From: Mobula hypostoma
Lineage: Eukaryota
Direction: 5' to 3'
DNA length: 64,000 nt
NCBI RefSeq assembly: GCF_963921235.1
Contig: NC_086097.1
Location: 204,478,001-204,542,000, forward strand
The translations under genes were made by a program, and so were the position numbers. The notes under the pieces are model-generated. The model was not told the DNA's origin. It worked only from the letters and a program-made list of their open reading frames with translations, and made no database searches. Within the stretch, counting starts at the first letter, position 1. Every line of letters starts with the position of its first letter. Positions 61,250-64,000 of this stretch are shown piece by piece.

Positions 61250-61765
61250 TGGAATCAGGATTAAGTTTATTGTCATTGACATATGTGGTGAATTTCATTG
61301 CTTTGGAGTACAGTGCACTAGATAAAAATTGCTGTATGAAAATAATTAAGTAGCACAAAAATAGGGCGAAATAGCGAGGAAGTGTTCATGGGTATATGGA
61401 CTGTTCAGAAATCTGATGGCAGAAGGGAAGAATCTTTTGCTAAAACATTGGGCGTGTGTCTTTAGGCTACAGTACTTCCATTTCCACGATAAGAATGAGA
61501 AGAGGACATGTCCTGAGTGGTGAAGGTCCTTAATGATGGATGTCACCATCTTGAGGTGTCTCCCTTTGAAGACGTCCTCATTGGTTGGGAGGCTTGTGCC
61601 AATGATTGAGCTGGCTGAGTCTTCAACCCTCGGTAGCTATTTCCAATCCTGTTCATCGGTGCCTCCGTACCAGCGGTGATGCAACCAGTCAGAGTACTAT
61701 CTAAGATGCGTCTATAGAAATTTGCTAGAGTCTTTGGTCAGATAGAAAATCACCTTAAACTCCTA
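61250..61765 (-). mobile_element. Rex1/Babar LINE 3' fragment
   Basis: SIIKDLHHSGHVLFSFL..SLKTHAQCFSKRFFPSAIRFLN. Confidence 0.75.
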
Positions 61766-62489
61766 ATAAAAGACTGCAATAATTACAATGGGCATGCTGA
61801 CTATATTTGTTCAACATCCATGTGCTTCAGGTGACAAAGCAATAAACAGGGCAACAAGAACAAGATGATACATTTTATTACGGAGTATATGTGATAATAT
61901 TGTTCTCCTTTTTGCCTAAAGAAGTTTTCAAAAATTATTGCTTTTAGTTTCAGTCCATGCAACAGTTGATCCTTGGTACATAGAATTCTAATGGGTGTTG
62001 TGAAATTCATGACTGAAAGATTTCTGAAATCAATACATATATTGCTTTATTTTTATCTTTCTAATCACACACTCTCAACGTGTCCTATTAAATTTGTTTT
62101 ATGTTACCAAGTTTAAGAATTGATTTAAACTTCTATTATTATTAATATGATAGCATAAGAACTGTAATAGTATTATTAGCCTCACAATTACTGACACAGT
62201 GAAGCATACCTTTCTTAGAATGTCAAAAAGTACAGCACAGGAACAGACTGTTCAGCCCACAATGTTGTGCCAAACTATATAAACCTGTAATGAAGTCGAT
62301 CTCTTCTGCCTACAGAATGTTCTTATTCCTAATTCTTTGCACATCCAAGTTAGAGCATTTTAAATACCGCTATCTTCTATAAATGCATCACGGTCATTGA
62401 CCTGGGGGTGTTTACTCTTGTCTACAAAAATTATCTAATTGCAGCCAAGGTTGTATCTGCATTGTTTTCTCATCCCAGTGTGTGCACCA

Positions 62490-62900
62490 CAAGCTCTGGC
62501 ATCCCCAAGGATTTATGCTAGGTACCCTTCCCATCGTGACATCATCTGAAAATAATGCTAGCTTCCCCACTGCTGATACGTAACTTTATCTATCTTTACA
62601 AATTTTGTTTCCCTGACACTACCTAAAGATTGCTTAGCTCCATTTTTCACCATCCAGCTGAATATTGAGAAGACTGAAGACATTCTCACCACAGGTTCAG
62701 TTCCTTAGCCACTGACTATTACTTTCCCTACCGACTGAACCAGTTACTGCAACCTAGGTGTCCTATTTGACACTGCGATGGACATCCAATTCCATATCCA
62801 AATTTTACTTCCATCATTCTCACAGTTTAACCTGTTGTTGACCTGTGGTTTGATTTATTCAAGATCTAATTATTTCAGGGTGTTCCTGAGTAATCTCCTG
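62490..62900 (+). mobile_element. Very old L2-like RT fragment
   Basis: Remnant motifs GIPQGFMLG, LNIEKTE and NLGVLFD. Confidence 0.45.
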
Positions 62901-63079
62901 GTGAATAAGTAAATTGAAATCATTAAACTCTTCTGTGTGTGTCCTCAGAAATAGCAAAGCCCCTCCTCAGCTGGCTACCAGAAGTAGCCATGCTGTGACT
63001 TATTTAGGTAACCATACAACTAACCTTTTAATTCTGAATTATCCCAGTAAGTTAAAATCCCAACATTCAAACATTCAAC

Positions 63080-64000
63080 TTTGGCTATCCTCCAATCCTG
63101 CAGTACCTCACCTGTTGATAAGAATGATTTAAATATCTCTGCTGGGGCCCCTGTAATTTCTGTGCTTGCCCCCCCATAGGATCTGAGGGAATACCTTGTC
63201 ATGCCCTGAGACACCTCCTCCTCTGTAATCTGTATAGGATCCATCTCCTCACTGCAGCTTTGTCTCACTAGTCTCTGTGTCCATCTCCCAAGTAAAAACA
63301 GATGCAAAAGATCCATTTAAGATTTCCCTCGTCTCTTTTGGCTCCACACATTGATTATCATTCTGACCTTCCGGAGGACCAATTTTGTATTTGTCACATT
63401 TTTGTTCTTAACATATCTGTAGAAATCCTTAGGATTCTCCTTCACCTTGTGAGCTAGAGCAACCTCATGCCTCCTTTTAGTTTTCCTGATCCCTTTATTA
63501 AGGGTCCTCTTGCATTTTTATACCCAATAAGGGGCTCATTTATTCCTACCTGCCTATACTTGCAATGCACCCCAAGACTCAATAAATCTATCATCCTTGC
63601 CTTTTATTTAACAGGCACATACAAGCTTTGTACTTTCAAAAATACACTTTTGAAGGTTTCCTTCTTATCAAGTATGCCTTTGCCACAAAACAGCCTGTCC
63701 CAATCGATATTTGCCAGATGCCTTCTGTTTCCATCAAAGATGGCTTTTCTCAAATTTAAAATGTCAATGCAGGGACCAGACCTATCCTTTTCCATAATTG
63801 CATTGAAACTAATGGCATTATGATCACTAAGTGCAAAGTGTTCCCCTACACAAACTTTTGTCACTTGTCCTGCCTCAATCCCTAATAGGAGATCAAGTAT
63901 TGCATACTCTCTCATTGGGACTCCTATGTAATGAATAAGGAAATGTTTGACAATCTCTATCCCATCTGGTACTTCTACAATATGGAAGTTCCAGTCAATA
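63080..64000 (-). mobile_element. CR1 LINE fragment (endonuclease to linker), runs off the window
   Basis: REYAILDLLLGIEAGQV..VGEHFALSDHNAISF; EIFKSFLSTGEVLQDWRIA. Confidence 0.85.

Overview
Vertebrate-type, repeat-dominated DNA. From the repeat families it is most likely a cartilaginous fish, probably a ray or skate (inference). No host protein-coding gene, rRNA, true tRNA or CRISPR could be supported. By eye, roughly two thirds of the window is decayed or nested transposable elements: Neptune-type Penelope-like elements (PLEs, RT plus GIY-YIG), CR1/HER1, Rex1/Babar, RTE and RTE-BovB LINEs, three Gypsy LTR lineages (Mag-like, Sushi-like chromovirus, and one with a YLDN RT motif), a Tc1 and a hAT-Buster DNA transposon, and V-SINE and tRNA-derived SINEs. 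The strongest hidden signal is a minimal type I hammerhead ribozyme (CUGAYGA-A-stemII-GAAACGUC) in the PLE 3' repeat, with about ten intact or decayed copies. Many sit in short insertions flanked by target-site duplications (TSDs); several of these are inverted, with one arm ending at a long and the other at a short 3' terminus. Other observations: a clean twin-primed RTE, a chimeric repeat module found twice, a Tc1 with inverted internal fill-in, and four-level TE nesting. Boundaries of decayed elements are approximate; TSD and ribozyme coordinates were read directly.
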